In this document: positions 1 to 9,088 of the stretch, in pieces
How positions within the stretch are numbered: position 1 is the first letter of the stretch
Layout: every line of letters begins with the position of its first letter
Origin: an uncultured Gemmatimonadaceae bacterium
Lineage (GTDB): Bacteria > Gemmatimonadota > Gemmatimonadetes > Gemmatimonadales > Gemmatimonadaceae
Direction of reading: 5' to 3'
NCBI GenBank assembly: GCA_963761305.1
Contig: CAVXGK010000002.1
Span: 1-64,000 of the forward strand
DNA: 64,000 bases
Notes under the pieces: model-generated
The model's input: only the letters and a program-made list of their open reading frames with translations
Database searches by the model: none
What the model was told of the DNA's origin: nothing
Translations under genes and position numbers: made by a program

Positions 1-354
1 AAGACGCAGCTTGTGAACACGACGTCTGCCGAGGTGTCGTCATTGGAAGGGCGGCGTCGGCACTCGTCGAGTACCGGATTCCGGATCCGGCGCCAGTGGC
101 CGCTCGCGCAACGTCTAGACCTCCACGGACACGTCGAATCCCAGCACGTCCGCGTCAGAAAACAGAGCGGCGATGGCGCGCGTCGCGTTACCGATGCCGC
201 ATCCGAAGTCCACAATCGATTGCACATTGCGGCCGCGCAGCGCCTTGGCCATGAGGCGAATCTTGAGGTCTGCGAAGAACTGAACGGTCTGGCCGGAACG
301 GCCGATCGCCTGCTGAACACCGCGTCGTAGGCCGCGCGATCTCGAATCGGCCAT
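1..354 (-). CDS. Class I SAM-dependent methyltransferase, partial (runs off window edge; frameshifted)
   Basis: ORF 115..354 contains SAM-binding motif I 'IVDFGCGIGN' followed by 'VLGFDVS'; frame breaks near both ends. Confidence 0.7.
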
Positions 355-430
355 CGTCGGTCACTCCGGCTCCGCCGCGTGGTGGTGACACGCCGCTGTT
401 ACATTCATCGCGATTCGATCCGGGAGGGGC

Positions 431-2281
431 GTGACGGCACGCATCGCGACTGAAAGCCCGCGGTCCCGCACAGTATGACGCATCGCGCTCGCGGCCGTGA
501 TGGCATTCTCAGCGGCGTACATGACGGCTGTCATCATCCAAGGATGGGTGCGACGACGAGGGGACGCTCGGGCAAAGCGCGCATCGCGTGCTGATCGGTC
601 AACTCCCGCACCGCGACTTCGACGAAGTCTACACCGGTGGGTTGACGTTCCTCATGCGCTGGCCTTTCGCGTGCTTCGCCAGAACCTGGCCGCGCTCCGG
701 AAAGTGCTCTTCGTGGCGATCCTGCTCGTCATGCCGGCCTTCTATTACATCGCCTCGCGACTAGCTCGTCCGGCGTTGGCGGCAGGACTCTCGATCGTCG
801 CCTTGATCGTGAGTTTCATCATATCCGGCGGCGATGCCGTCGTGGTACAACCTGATCTTTGCGGTTACGGCCGTGGCCGCCCTTTTCAGGTTCATCGACA
901 CAGGGCGAGGCGGTGGGTCCTGGCCGCCGGCGTGTGCGCGGGTCTCTCCGTGCTGGCCAAGATCGTCGGAGTATACCTGTGCGCAGCGTTGGCGCTGTTC
1001 GTGGTGTTCCATGCGTTCACCAGACCACACCGGCCGACGCGAGGCCACGCGCGCGGCGGTCGTTCGTCGCAATTGGCTTTTCATTGGCAATCGTAGGGGT
1101 GGCGGCCTTTCCGTTCGCGATCATGTCGGGTCGGCTACGGTGGCCGGAGACACTCACGCTCGCCTCTCCAATCGCTGCGACCTGTGTTGTTGCTGCGCTC
1201 CAAGTCTGGCGCTCGTCCCGACAGCCTGTTTCGGGTGTCTGGCGTTCGCTTTTCGCGACCGAGGGGTTGCTCGCTGTCGGGGCACTCATTCCCGTCGCAC
1301 TCTTCTTGATTCCCTACGTGCGCTCCGGCGCCGCGATGTCGCTGTATCGGGGGGTCGTGGTGCTGCCGCGACTACGATTGCAATGGACTGCGATCGATGG
1401 CCCACCATTGCTGGCTCTCGGCCTTGGTCTGCCGCCGCTGCTTCTTCTTCTATCACGCCGATTCTCTGCGGCTGTCGTAAGTCGACAGGAAGTGTGGACT
1501 TTGCCGCGATCGAGGCCGGCATTGTCGGATGGTCCGCATTCAGCCTCCCTCTCACCGCCCTGTTGTGGAACATGGTGCGAATTCCGCGCCAATGATGGTG
1601 GTCGCGGCGGCGATACTCGCAACTTCCCACGCCGATGCGCCACTGTCGCCGAAGGCACGCGAACGACTTTTCCTGGTCGCGGCTGTCGCTGGATGGTGCG
1701 CGCTGATCCAGTTTCCGGTGGACTCGTATCAGTATTTCCTATACGTATTGCCGCTCTTTATTCTCGCCGCGGCGGCAATCGCGGTCGCTCGAGAGACGCC
1801 GGCGAAGCATTTGGCCGTCGCAACGCTGTTGGCCTTTGGGGTGTTGGGGCTTCTGATGCGGCCGGTGTTCATTCACGGCGGCGGCTCACACGTTGTCCTC
1901 ACCGGAGACGCAACCGCCCTCCTCGACCTTGAACGAGGAGGACTGACGATCCGCCGCGCCGAGCGGGACGAGTACGTCGCACTAGCGGCAGTGATTCGGC
2001 AACACTCGAGGAGCCCGTACATCTATGCCTCGCCTGATGCGCCGGAGGCATACTTTCTTTCAGAGCGAGAAAACCCCACGCGCACCCTTTTCGACTTCTT
2101 CGACGAATCGACCGGGCGTAGCGCTCGAATTCTTGAAGCAATTCGCGATCAAAAGGTGGATGTGATCGTGATCAACAAGACTCCGCGATTCTCGCAACCG
2201 CTGCCCTCCGAACTCCGCGACTCGCTGATCGCACGCTTCCCGAACGCGGTCGACCTGAGACTATTCCAGGTTCGCTGGTAG
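431..2281 (+). CDS. Multi-pass membrane protein, GT-C/ArnT-like glycosyltransferase, split by several frameshifts
   Basis: Consecutive hydrophobic segments in ORFs 497..1096, 834..1595, 859..1932 and 1529..2281; 'P.RDFDEVYTGG'-like loop, 'PSWYNL', 'AGVCAGLSVLAK'; C-terminal soluble part 'YFLSERENPTRTLFDFFD'; GGAGG before GTG 431; start approximate. Confidence 0.6.
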
Positions 2282-3286
2282 CGGCGCAACTCCGACGGCG
2301 GATCTCGAGCGTGGGGCGGCGGTTTCCGACACGTCGCGCGGGTCGCCTATCACCTCGCCGACCACCGCGACAGGGCGCCGCTTGACCTCATCGAAGATGC
2401 GGCCGACGTATTCACCAAGAATGCCTGCCGTCAACAGCTGGACCCCACCGAGGAAGAGAATCGACAGCGCGATTGTTGCGACTCCGGCGCCCGAAGGGAG
2501 CTGTCCGGTGAGCTTCCAAGCCGCGACAACCAAAATGCCAAGGGCTGCGAGCCCGGAAACGGCGAACCCGAGTACCGAGGCCAGGCGGAGTGGAACGTCG
2601 GAGAACGAGACGAGGCCGTCGATCGCCAACCGGACGAGCTTCGGCATCGAATACTTCGGCGATCCGGCGCGCCGCGGGTCCCGGTCCACCTGAACTCCGA
2701 TTTGATAACCACCGATCCACGAACGGAGTCCGCGTACGAAGCGAAGTCGCTCTGGGAGTGCGTTGAGGCGATCGACAAATGGCCGGCTCATGACGCAGAA
2801 ATCGCCCGAGTCGAGGGGGATGTCGATTCGCGCCAGCGCGGCGAGAAGCCGATAGAACACGTGGTACGCAGCCTTCTTGAACACACCCTCGGGTCGCGAG
2901 CGACGGACAGCGTACGCCACGTCCGCGCCTGCCGCGACGCGTGCATCGTGCAGCGCCAATGCGTCCGATGGCCGATCCTGAAAATCGGCATCCATGATGC
3001 ATACGGCGTCGCCCCGGACGTGGACGAGGCCGGTCGAGATCGCGGCCTGGTGGCCAAAGTTCCTGGTCAAGACGATTCCCCGCACACGCCGATCCGCCGC
3101 GGCCAGCTCGCGAATGATCGACCGCGTTCGGTCTCTGCTTCCATCGTCGACGACTAGTATCTCGAACGCCACGCGCGCGTCGTCGAGTGCCGCCGACAGT
3201 TCGGCCACGAGGGTGGCGAGATTCTCCTCCTCGTTGTAGGCGGGCATGACAACACCCAGTTGAGGCTCACGCCCCTTCACGGCCAT
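2261..3286 (-). CDS. Glycosyltransferase family 2, GtrB/ArnC-like (polyprenyl-phosphate sugar synthase) with two C-terminal TM helices
   Basis: 'VVMPAYNEE', 'VDDGSRD', 'RNFGHQAA', 'MDADFQD', 'DSGDF', 'GILGEYVGRIFDEVKRRP'. Confidence 0.92.
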   Translation of the reverse strand: MAVKGREPQLGVVMPAYNEEENLATLVAELSAALDDARVAFEILVVDDGSRDRTRSIIRELAAADRRVRGIVLTRNFGHQAAISTGLVHVRGDAVCIMDADFQDRPSDALALHDARVAAGADVAYAVRRSRPEGVFKKAAYHVFYRLLAALARIDIPLDSGDFCVMSRPFVDRLNALPERLRFVRGLRSWIGGYQIGVQVDRDPRRAGSPKYSMPKLVRLAIDGLVSFSDVPLRLASVLGFAVSGLAALGILVVAAWKLTGQLPSGAGVATIALSILFLGGVQLLTAGILGEYVGRIFDEVKRRPVAVVGEVIGDPRDVSETAAPRSRSAVGVAPLPANLE

Positions 3287-3471
3287 CGAGGTGATGGCTT
3301 CAGGGAACTCAGATGGCGTTTCTCGCATGCGGTTACGTTGGGGAACGGCCACCGCCTGTCACGCGCCCGGCCAACCACCATGTTGCGCATGGCCAACAGC
3401 GCGCCTGCGTATCCATCAACCGCGTAGTGCCAACCGAGAGCTGTCGACGTAACGAAGGTGCATGCCGCCAC
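3277..3471 (-). pseudogene. C-terminal remnant of a PAP2-family phosphatase
   Basis: 'STALGWHYAVDGYAGALLA' closely matches 'SVDLGWHYALDGYLGAAIA' of the intact gene at 3736..4836; N-terminal part absent. Confidence 0.65.
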
Positions 3472-3505
3472 CCCTCCGAGGAAGATCCCGACCCGAATCG
3501 AAAGC

Positions 3506-3739
3506 CTAGAAGCGAAAAGCGAGGCCGATATCGCCGCTGCGACGTGTATGCTCGGCTATGAGCAGTGAGCCGTCGGTCGAGCCGTTGTCGGCGACAAGGA
3601 CCTCACCGTCGCAGAGGGCGGAGAGCAAGCCGTGCTGCGCGTCACGAATGCATTGCTCGAGTGTTTCCGCCTCGTTCAGGCAAGGCATGACAATCGAGAC
3701 CTCGCACGTACCCGCCGGATCGCGAGCGTTGGCCTTCAT
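3506..3739 (-). pseudogene. N-terminal fragment of a GT2 glycosyltransferase (truncated after ~65 aa)
   Basis: 'VSIVMPCLNEAETL...EVLVADNGSTDGS' then unrelated sequence and stop; ATGA overlap with the PAP2 stop codon. Confidence 0.75.
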
Positions 3740-4836
3740 TCGGCTCCGCGACGCGTGACAAAACCGGCGACCCACCAGAGGAGAATGGCGATCGCCGCTC
3801 CGAGGTACCCGTCGAGCGCGTAATGCCAACCCAGGTCTACCGAGGCCGCGAAGACCAAGACGGCTGTGACGGTCATGGCCCACCCCAGCCGGCGGGAAAT
3901 CGTGAAGCCACACAGCGCCATGAGCGTCGCGGTCGCGACGTGGATGCTCGGCATCGCCGAGATACCAGCCCCGAATGCCTCGAGGCGATGACTGTACGCA
4001 TACCACAGGACGTCTTCGCCGCGTACGGAAAGCAGCGGCGATTGCGCGTTGACGGACCGAAGGTAGGCCAACAGACCGGCGTAGGGGTCGCGAGAGCCGG
4101 ACGTCACGGCGTCGAAGTATGCCGGGCCAGCCGACGAGAGGGCGAGCGCCAGCCAGTTGCCGACGACCAGAAATGCCGCCGTAAAGGCAAAGAGGTACCG
4201 GCGGCGCAACGGCGACGGGCGCAGGAATGTTGTCCATGCGAACGCAGCCATCACCAGCGTCGTCCACGCGCGGTGGTAGAACCAATCCAGCGAGACGGTG
4301 ATGTCCGGCCTTCCGAGCAGCGGCTGGAGCCGGCGCCAGAGCGGACGCCCACCATCGAGCTGGCTGTCCCACGCCGACAACGTCGCATCCCACGTGAACG
4401 GATGAAGCGCCGGGATCGCTTGCTTCGCTGCCGAAAACGCCGACAAGAACAGCGACGCCGCGATGAACGTCAGGGCGACTGTCGCGACGTATTCTTTCGT
4501 CAGCAAATCTTGGCGCAAACGGGCCCACGCGCGACCGTACGCAACATGTGCGGGGACGCCCGGCTCCAACAGCCGCCGGCGAAACAACTCGCCCAACAGG
4601 GCCATGCTGCCGAACACCAAGGCGATCCAGAGCATCGCGTCGCACGCGTCGACGACGCCCACCAGCATGGGCCGCGCGGTGAGCCCGCAGATCACCGCGC
4701 TCGTCACGAGTTGTGCTGCAACAACGGCGAGAAACCAGCGTGACTCGAAAATCGCCGCCCGGATCGGCGAGCGGCTTGCCTGCGTGTACGACGCGCGACC
4801 GGGCAGCGATACCAGCGGGGGAGTAACGGACGTCAT
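3736..4836 (-). CDS. PAP2-family (Aur1/IPC-synthase-like, PAP2_3) membrane phosphatase/phosphotransferase
   Basis: 'SSAGPAYF', 'GISAMPSIHVA', 'LGWHYALDG' motifs; multiple TM segments. Confidence 0.88.
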   Translation of the reverse strand: MTSVTPPLVSLPGRASYTQASRSPIRAAIFESRWFLAVVAAQLVTSAVICGLTARPMLVGVVDACDAMLWIALVFGSMALLGELFRRRLLEPGVPAHVAYGRAWARLRQDLLTKEYVATVALTFIAASLFLSAFSAAKQAIPALHPFTWDATLSAWDSQLDGGRPLWRRLQPLLGRPDITVSLDWFYHRAWTTLVMAAFAWTTFLRPSPLRRRYLFAFTAAFLVVGNWLALALSSAGPAYFDAVTSGSRDPYAGLLAYLRSVNAQSPLLSVRGEDVLWYAYSHRLEAFGAGISAMPSIHVATATLMALCGFTISRRLGWAMTVTAVLVFAASVDLGWHYALDGYLGAAIAILLWWVAGFVTRRGAE

Positions 4837-5084
4837 GATGGATCCGACGATATCGGGTTGAAGCTCCGTCCAGCAGGCGGGACGGGCACCGCGGCGCGCC
4901 CGCGTCGCTGGGTCAGGGTGTCACCTCTAAGTATCGGCCGATCCAAATCATGCGACGGGCTCACTCCTGCCACGATGCCGTACCGAGTCAATCCTATTCA
5001 TGCACGAATTCGATCCTCCGTGGCATTCCAACCCACACCCTGTCCACCGCGGCGGCCCTGACCTTGTTCGCCGCCGCATTGCTG

Positions 5085-5510
5085 CCGCTCAGGCGCCCGC
5101 CGTGCGCCAAGACTCGAGCGGCTCGCGCCACCTCGATACGGTCCGCGTAACCTCTCACCACGACAACGCGGTGGGAACCTCGGACGCTGCCAGCGCGGGC
5201 CACATCAATCCGCAGCTCATCGCCGACCGGCCGATGCTGCGTCCCGCCGAGGTGATGCAATACATCCCGGGAATGATCATTACCCAGCACAGCGGCGGCG
5301 GAAAAGCAAACCGGTACTTCCTCCGCGCTTTCAATCTAGATCACGGCGCGGACTTGGAAACGACCCTCGGCGGCAGGTCCGGTCAACGTGCCGTCGCACG
5401 CCCACGGCCAGGGGTATACGGACCTCAACTTCATGTGTATCGGAGCTCGTGGGCTGCATTGACTACTACAACGGGCCCTACGCCGTCCAACGGGACGTGC
5501 GCGACGGCCG
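5085..5510 (+). pseudogene. Degenerate duplicate of the 5' (plug) region of the TonB-dependent receptor at 6807..8887
   Basis: Aligns by eye with 6869..7293; 'SRHLDTVRVTSH.DNAVGTSDAASAG...TQHSGGGKAN.YFLR.FNLDHG.D' then indels and loss of similarity. Confidence 0.85.
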
Positions 5511-5680
5511 TGCCAACGCGAACGTGGTCCCCCGTCAACAGGTACTCAGTCGTGATCAGCTCTCGACAAACCCCTCGAGGAGCGCGGCCGAGCTCGATCG
5601 GGTCGGCACGAGCTAACACCACGACGACCGCCAGTATTTCACGCGAGGCAGTAACCACGCGTTGAAGCGGAAAACTGCTG

Positions 5681-5720
5681 TGGACAATCGATCGGCACAG
5701 GAACTACCATAGGCGCAATG
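5681..5720 (+). promoter_or_regulatory. Putative sigma70 promoter giving a leaderless transcript
   Basis: TGGACA(5681)-N18-TACCAT(5705)-N7-ATG(5718); no Shine-Dalgarno. Confidence 0.45.
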
Positions 5721-6743
5721 ACCCAGAACCGATTCGGTACCCTCGATGGCCTGCGCGGGGTCGCCGCGTTCGCGGTCGTGCTGTACCACTTCGGCACCGC
5801 AACGGGAAATCCATACTTGGCGCCCGCCGGCAAGCTCGCCGTCGACTTCTTTTTTGTGCTCAGCGGCTTTGTGTTGGCCCACGCGTACGGCAGGCGGATA
5901 GCGAACGGCCAGATCGGGCCCCTGGAGTTTTTGAGGCTTCGGTTTCTGCGCCTCTGGCCCACGGCGCTTCTAGGTGCCCTTCTTGGCTTGGCGGTCGCGC
6001 TCGAGACGTCGAGTGGCTCGGCTTTCCGAGCGACTCCGGCTCGGGATCATCGCGGTTTCGGGCCTCGTGCTCATGCCGAACGTCCTCTCGAACTCCCTTG
6101 GCGATGTACACGTTCGAACGCACCGCATTGGTCCCTATTACTACGAACTCGTTGCGAGACTACGTCTATGCGATCGTTGCGCCACTCCTCGACGCGCGGG
6201 GTCTCTCGTTCGTCGTCGTGGCAACCGGTGCGCGTAGTTCGGTGTTCGGGACAATGCGGGGCTCGCCCAGCGGTCAATGGCTGTTTCCGCCGCGCCGTAT
6301 ACTCGGTTCTTCGCCGGCGTGCTCGTGTACAAATTCTGGGAGCGACGGTCTCCGACCGAAAGCCGGCGCATATCGACCTCGTCGAGTCTCTCGTCGCGGT
6401 CTTTTCCGTTTCCTGGGCCGTGCACGTCCCCGCCATCGAGCTCGCACTTGCTCTACGTGGTATTTCCGGCCATCGTATGGCTCGGCGCATCCGCCCGACT
6501 TGCCCGCGGGGGCAAACAGGTACGCGGCGGCAGCAGGGTGAGATGTCGTACCCGCTGTACGCAATCCATTATCCCTTCGTTCTTCTCTTGTCCGAAAGGC
6601 CGTTGCGCGGGAACTTCGCCGCGATGACGATTGGGGCCTTCGCCGTGACCCTACTGCTGTCACTTGTTGCACTATCGGCGCTTTCGCGTTTATACGATCG
6701 GCCTATCAGGTCGCTCGCGCGAAGGGCGCTAGTCGCCCCCTAG
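5718..6743 (+). CDS. Acyltransferase family 3 (OafA-like), internally frameshifted
   Basis: 'LDGLRGVAAFAVVLYH', 'AVDFFFVLSGFVL', 'NAPHWSL', 'GEMSYPLYAIHYP', 'YDRPIR'; middle TM segments lie in other frames. Confidence 0.85.
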   Translation: MTQNRFGTLDGLRGVAAFAVVLYHFGTATGNPYLAPAGKLAVDFFFVLSGFVLAHAYGRRIANGQIGPLEFLRLRFLRLWPTALLGALLGLAVALETSSGSAFRATPARDHRGFGPRAHAERPLELPWRCTRSNAPHWSLLLRTRCETTSMRSLRHSSTRGVSRSSSWQPVRVVRCSGQCGARPAVNGCFRRAVYSVLRRRARVQILGATVSDRKPAHIDLVESLVAVFSVSWAVHVPAIELALALRGISGHRMARRIRPTCPRGQTGTRRQQGEMSYPLYAIHYPFVLLLSERPLRGNFAAMTIGAFAVTLLLSLVALSALSRLYDRPIRSLARRALVAP

Positions 6744-6806
6744 TCGGGACCGATCGCGCCGACCGCAAATCCCGAAATCGTCGAGCGTCGCGTACCTCTG
6801 ACGTCC

Positions 6807-8887
6807 ATGCGGAACCTGCTCAGAATTGCGGTCGTGACCGCTGCCAGCGTCATTCCCGCTAGCGGTTCCCGCTCAGGCGCCCCCCGTGCGTCCTGACTCG
6901 AACGGCTCCCGTCACCTCGACACGGTTCGCGTCACATCTCACTACGACAACGCGGTCGGAACCTCCGACGCTGCCAGCGCGGGCCACATCAACCCGCAGC
7001 TCATCGCCGACCGGCCGATGCTGCGCCCCGCCGAGGTGATGGAGTACATCCCGGGAATGATCGTCACCCAGCACAGCGGCGGCGGAAAAGCAAACCAGTA
7101 CTTCCTCCGCGGCTTCAATCTAGACCACGGCACGGACTTCGAAACGACCCTCGGCGGCATGCCCGTCAACATGCCGTCGCACGCCCACGGCCAGGGGTAC
7201 ACGGACCTCAACTTCATGATCCCGGAGCTCGTGGGCCGCATCGACTACTACAAAGGGCCGTACTACGCCGCCCAAGGCGACTTCGCGACGGCCGGATCGG
7301 CGCAGATCCAGTACGCCGACAAGATCGACCACGCGCGGACCGAGGCCACGGCCGGCAGCGACACCTACGGCCGGGCGCTCACCATCGGGTCGCCGGAAGT
7401 GGGCCCCGGAAGGTTGGTCTACGGTGTTCGAGGCCGACCACATAAACGGGCCGTGGGCCCACCCCGACGACTACAAGAAGCTGATCGGCGTGGCGCGCTA
7501 CACGCAGCCGCTCGCCGGCGGCAAATGGTCGCTCACCGGCATGGCCTACGACGGCACGTGGAACGCCACCGACCAGATCCCCGAGCGCGCCGTGGCCGAC
7601 GGAACGCTCGGCCGATTTTCAGCGGTGGATCCGAGCGACGCGGGGCGATCGCACCGCTACAGCCTGTCGTCCGATTTCCAGACGATGCTGCGCGGCGGCA
7701 CGCTCAACACGACCGCGTACGCCATTCAGTACTCGCTCGACCTCTTCTCCGACTTCACCTACTTCCTGAACGATCCGATCCACGGCGACCAGATCGAGCA
7801 GGCCGACAATCGCACCATCTACGGGTGGAACGGCTCGTGGGCGAAGGTCGGCGAATTCGGCGGGCTGGCGATGACGAACACGTTCGGCTGGGACGTGCGC
7901 GACGATCACGTGTGGCCGTCGGGACTGTACCACACGGAGAAGCAGCAGCGTTTGGCGACGATCGTCCAAGACCACGTCCACGAGACGAGCGGCTCGCTCT
8001 TCTACGAGAATCAGACGCAGTGGAACGACTGGCTCCGCACCATCGCCGGCGCGCGCGTCATGGACTACGCCTTCAACGTCGCCGCCAACGTGCCGGCGAA
8101 CTCCGGCTCCGGCACGTCGGCGATCGGGCTGCCGAAGCTCTCAGTCGTCATCGGGCCGTTCGCCGAGTCGGAGATCTTTGTGAACGCGGGCGAGGGAATC
8201 CACAGCAACGACGTCCGCGGCGCGACCGAGCACGTGGATCCGAACTCGGGCAGCGCTGTCGACCCGGTGACGCCGTTGGTTCGAGGCATCGGCAGCGAGA
8301 TCGGCCTCCGCACGCAGCGCATCCCGCACCTCCAAACTTCGCTCTCGTTCTGGACGCTGCGACTCGGCTCGGAGCTCGTGTACTCGGGCGACGACGGGAC
8401 CACGGTGCCGGGCCGCCCGTCGATGCGCACCGGCGCGGAGCTGTCGAATCACTACACGCCGAATCGCTGGCTGCTGCTCGACCTCGATCTGGCGACGACG
8501 CGCGCTCGCTACACGGACTACGATCCGGTCGGCGAGTACATCCCGGAGGCGCTGCGCGCGACGGTCGCCGCCGGCGTCACGGCGCATGACGTTGGCCGCT
8601 GGACGACGAGTCTCTTCATGCGCTACTTCGGCCCGCGCGCGCTCACCGAAAACGACAGCGTGCAGTCGCCGTCGACGACGCTGTTCAACACGCAGACGTC
8701 GTACCGACTGAGCAAAGACGTTTCGGTGCGATTCGACATCTTCAATCTGTTCAACGCCCAGGCGCCGGACATCACGTACTACTACACGTCACGGCTGCCG
8801 GGCGAGCCGGCGGCGGGGGTGACAGGCCTGCATTTCCACCCAGTGGAAAGCAGGGAAGCCAGGCTCGGGCTCGCGGCGGCGTTCTGA
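6807..8887 (+). CDS. TonB-dependent receptor (His-rich plug), frameshifts near 6865 and 7425
   Basis: Signal-peptide-like 'MRNLLRIAVVTAASVIP'; plug 'QHSGGGKANQYFLRGFNLDHGTDF...SHAHGQGY'; barrel in 7424..8887 with 'FDIFNLFN' and terminal Phe. Confidence 0.9.
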
Positions 8888-8894
8888 TAGCGGC

Positions 8895-9085
8895 GGTGGC
8901 CTGATGGGGATCGCTGCAGGGCCCGGACTCTAGGAGTCACCAACAGCATCGGCAGTCAGTGATAGCGAAATGGTTTTGAAGGTGGCCTGATGGGGATCCC
9001 CGCAGGGGCAGGACTCTAGGAGCCAGCGACAGCATCAGCAATCAGTGACAGCGAGCGGCCTTGCTGATGCTGATGCTGTTGCTGA
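8895..9085. repeat. Two ~74-bp direct repeats (period 86 bp) ending in a CAGCAW/WTGCTG hairpin between convergent receptor genes; possible bidirectional terminator
   Basis: 8895..8968 ~ 8981..9054 (GGTGGCCTGATGGGGATC...GGACTCTAGGAG...ACAGCATC..CA.TCAGTGA.AGCGA); CAGCGACAGCATCAGCAA pairs with TTGCTGATGCTG...TGCTG at 9061..9084. Confidence 0.75.
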
Positions 9086-9088
9086 CGC

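Noticed and set aside
4931..4960. GCCGATAC on the minus strand as a sigma28 promoter for the PAP2 operon
   Set aside because: No TAAA/TCAA -35 element at the expected spacing.
5085..7293. Duplicated segment as a DGR template/variable repeat pair (given the Avd-like four-helix protein)
   Set aside because: Mismatches involve all four bases rather than adenines of one copy, the segment is at a gene 5' end, and no reverse transcriptase is in the window.
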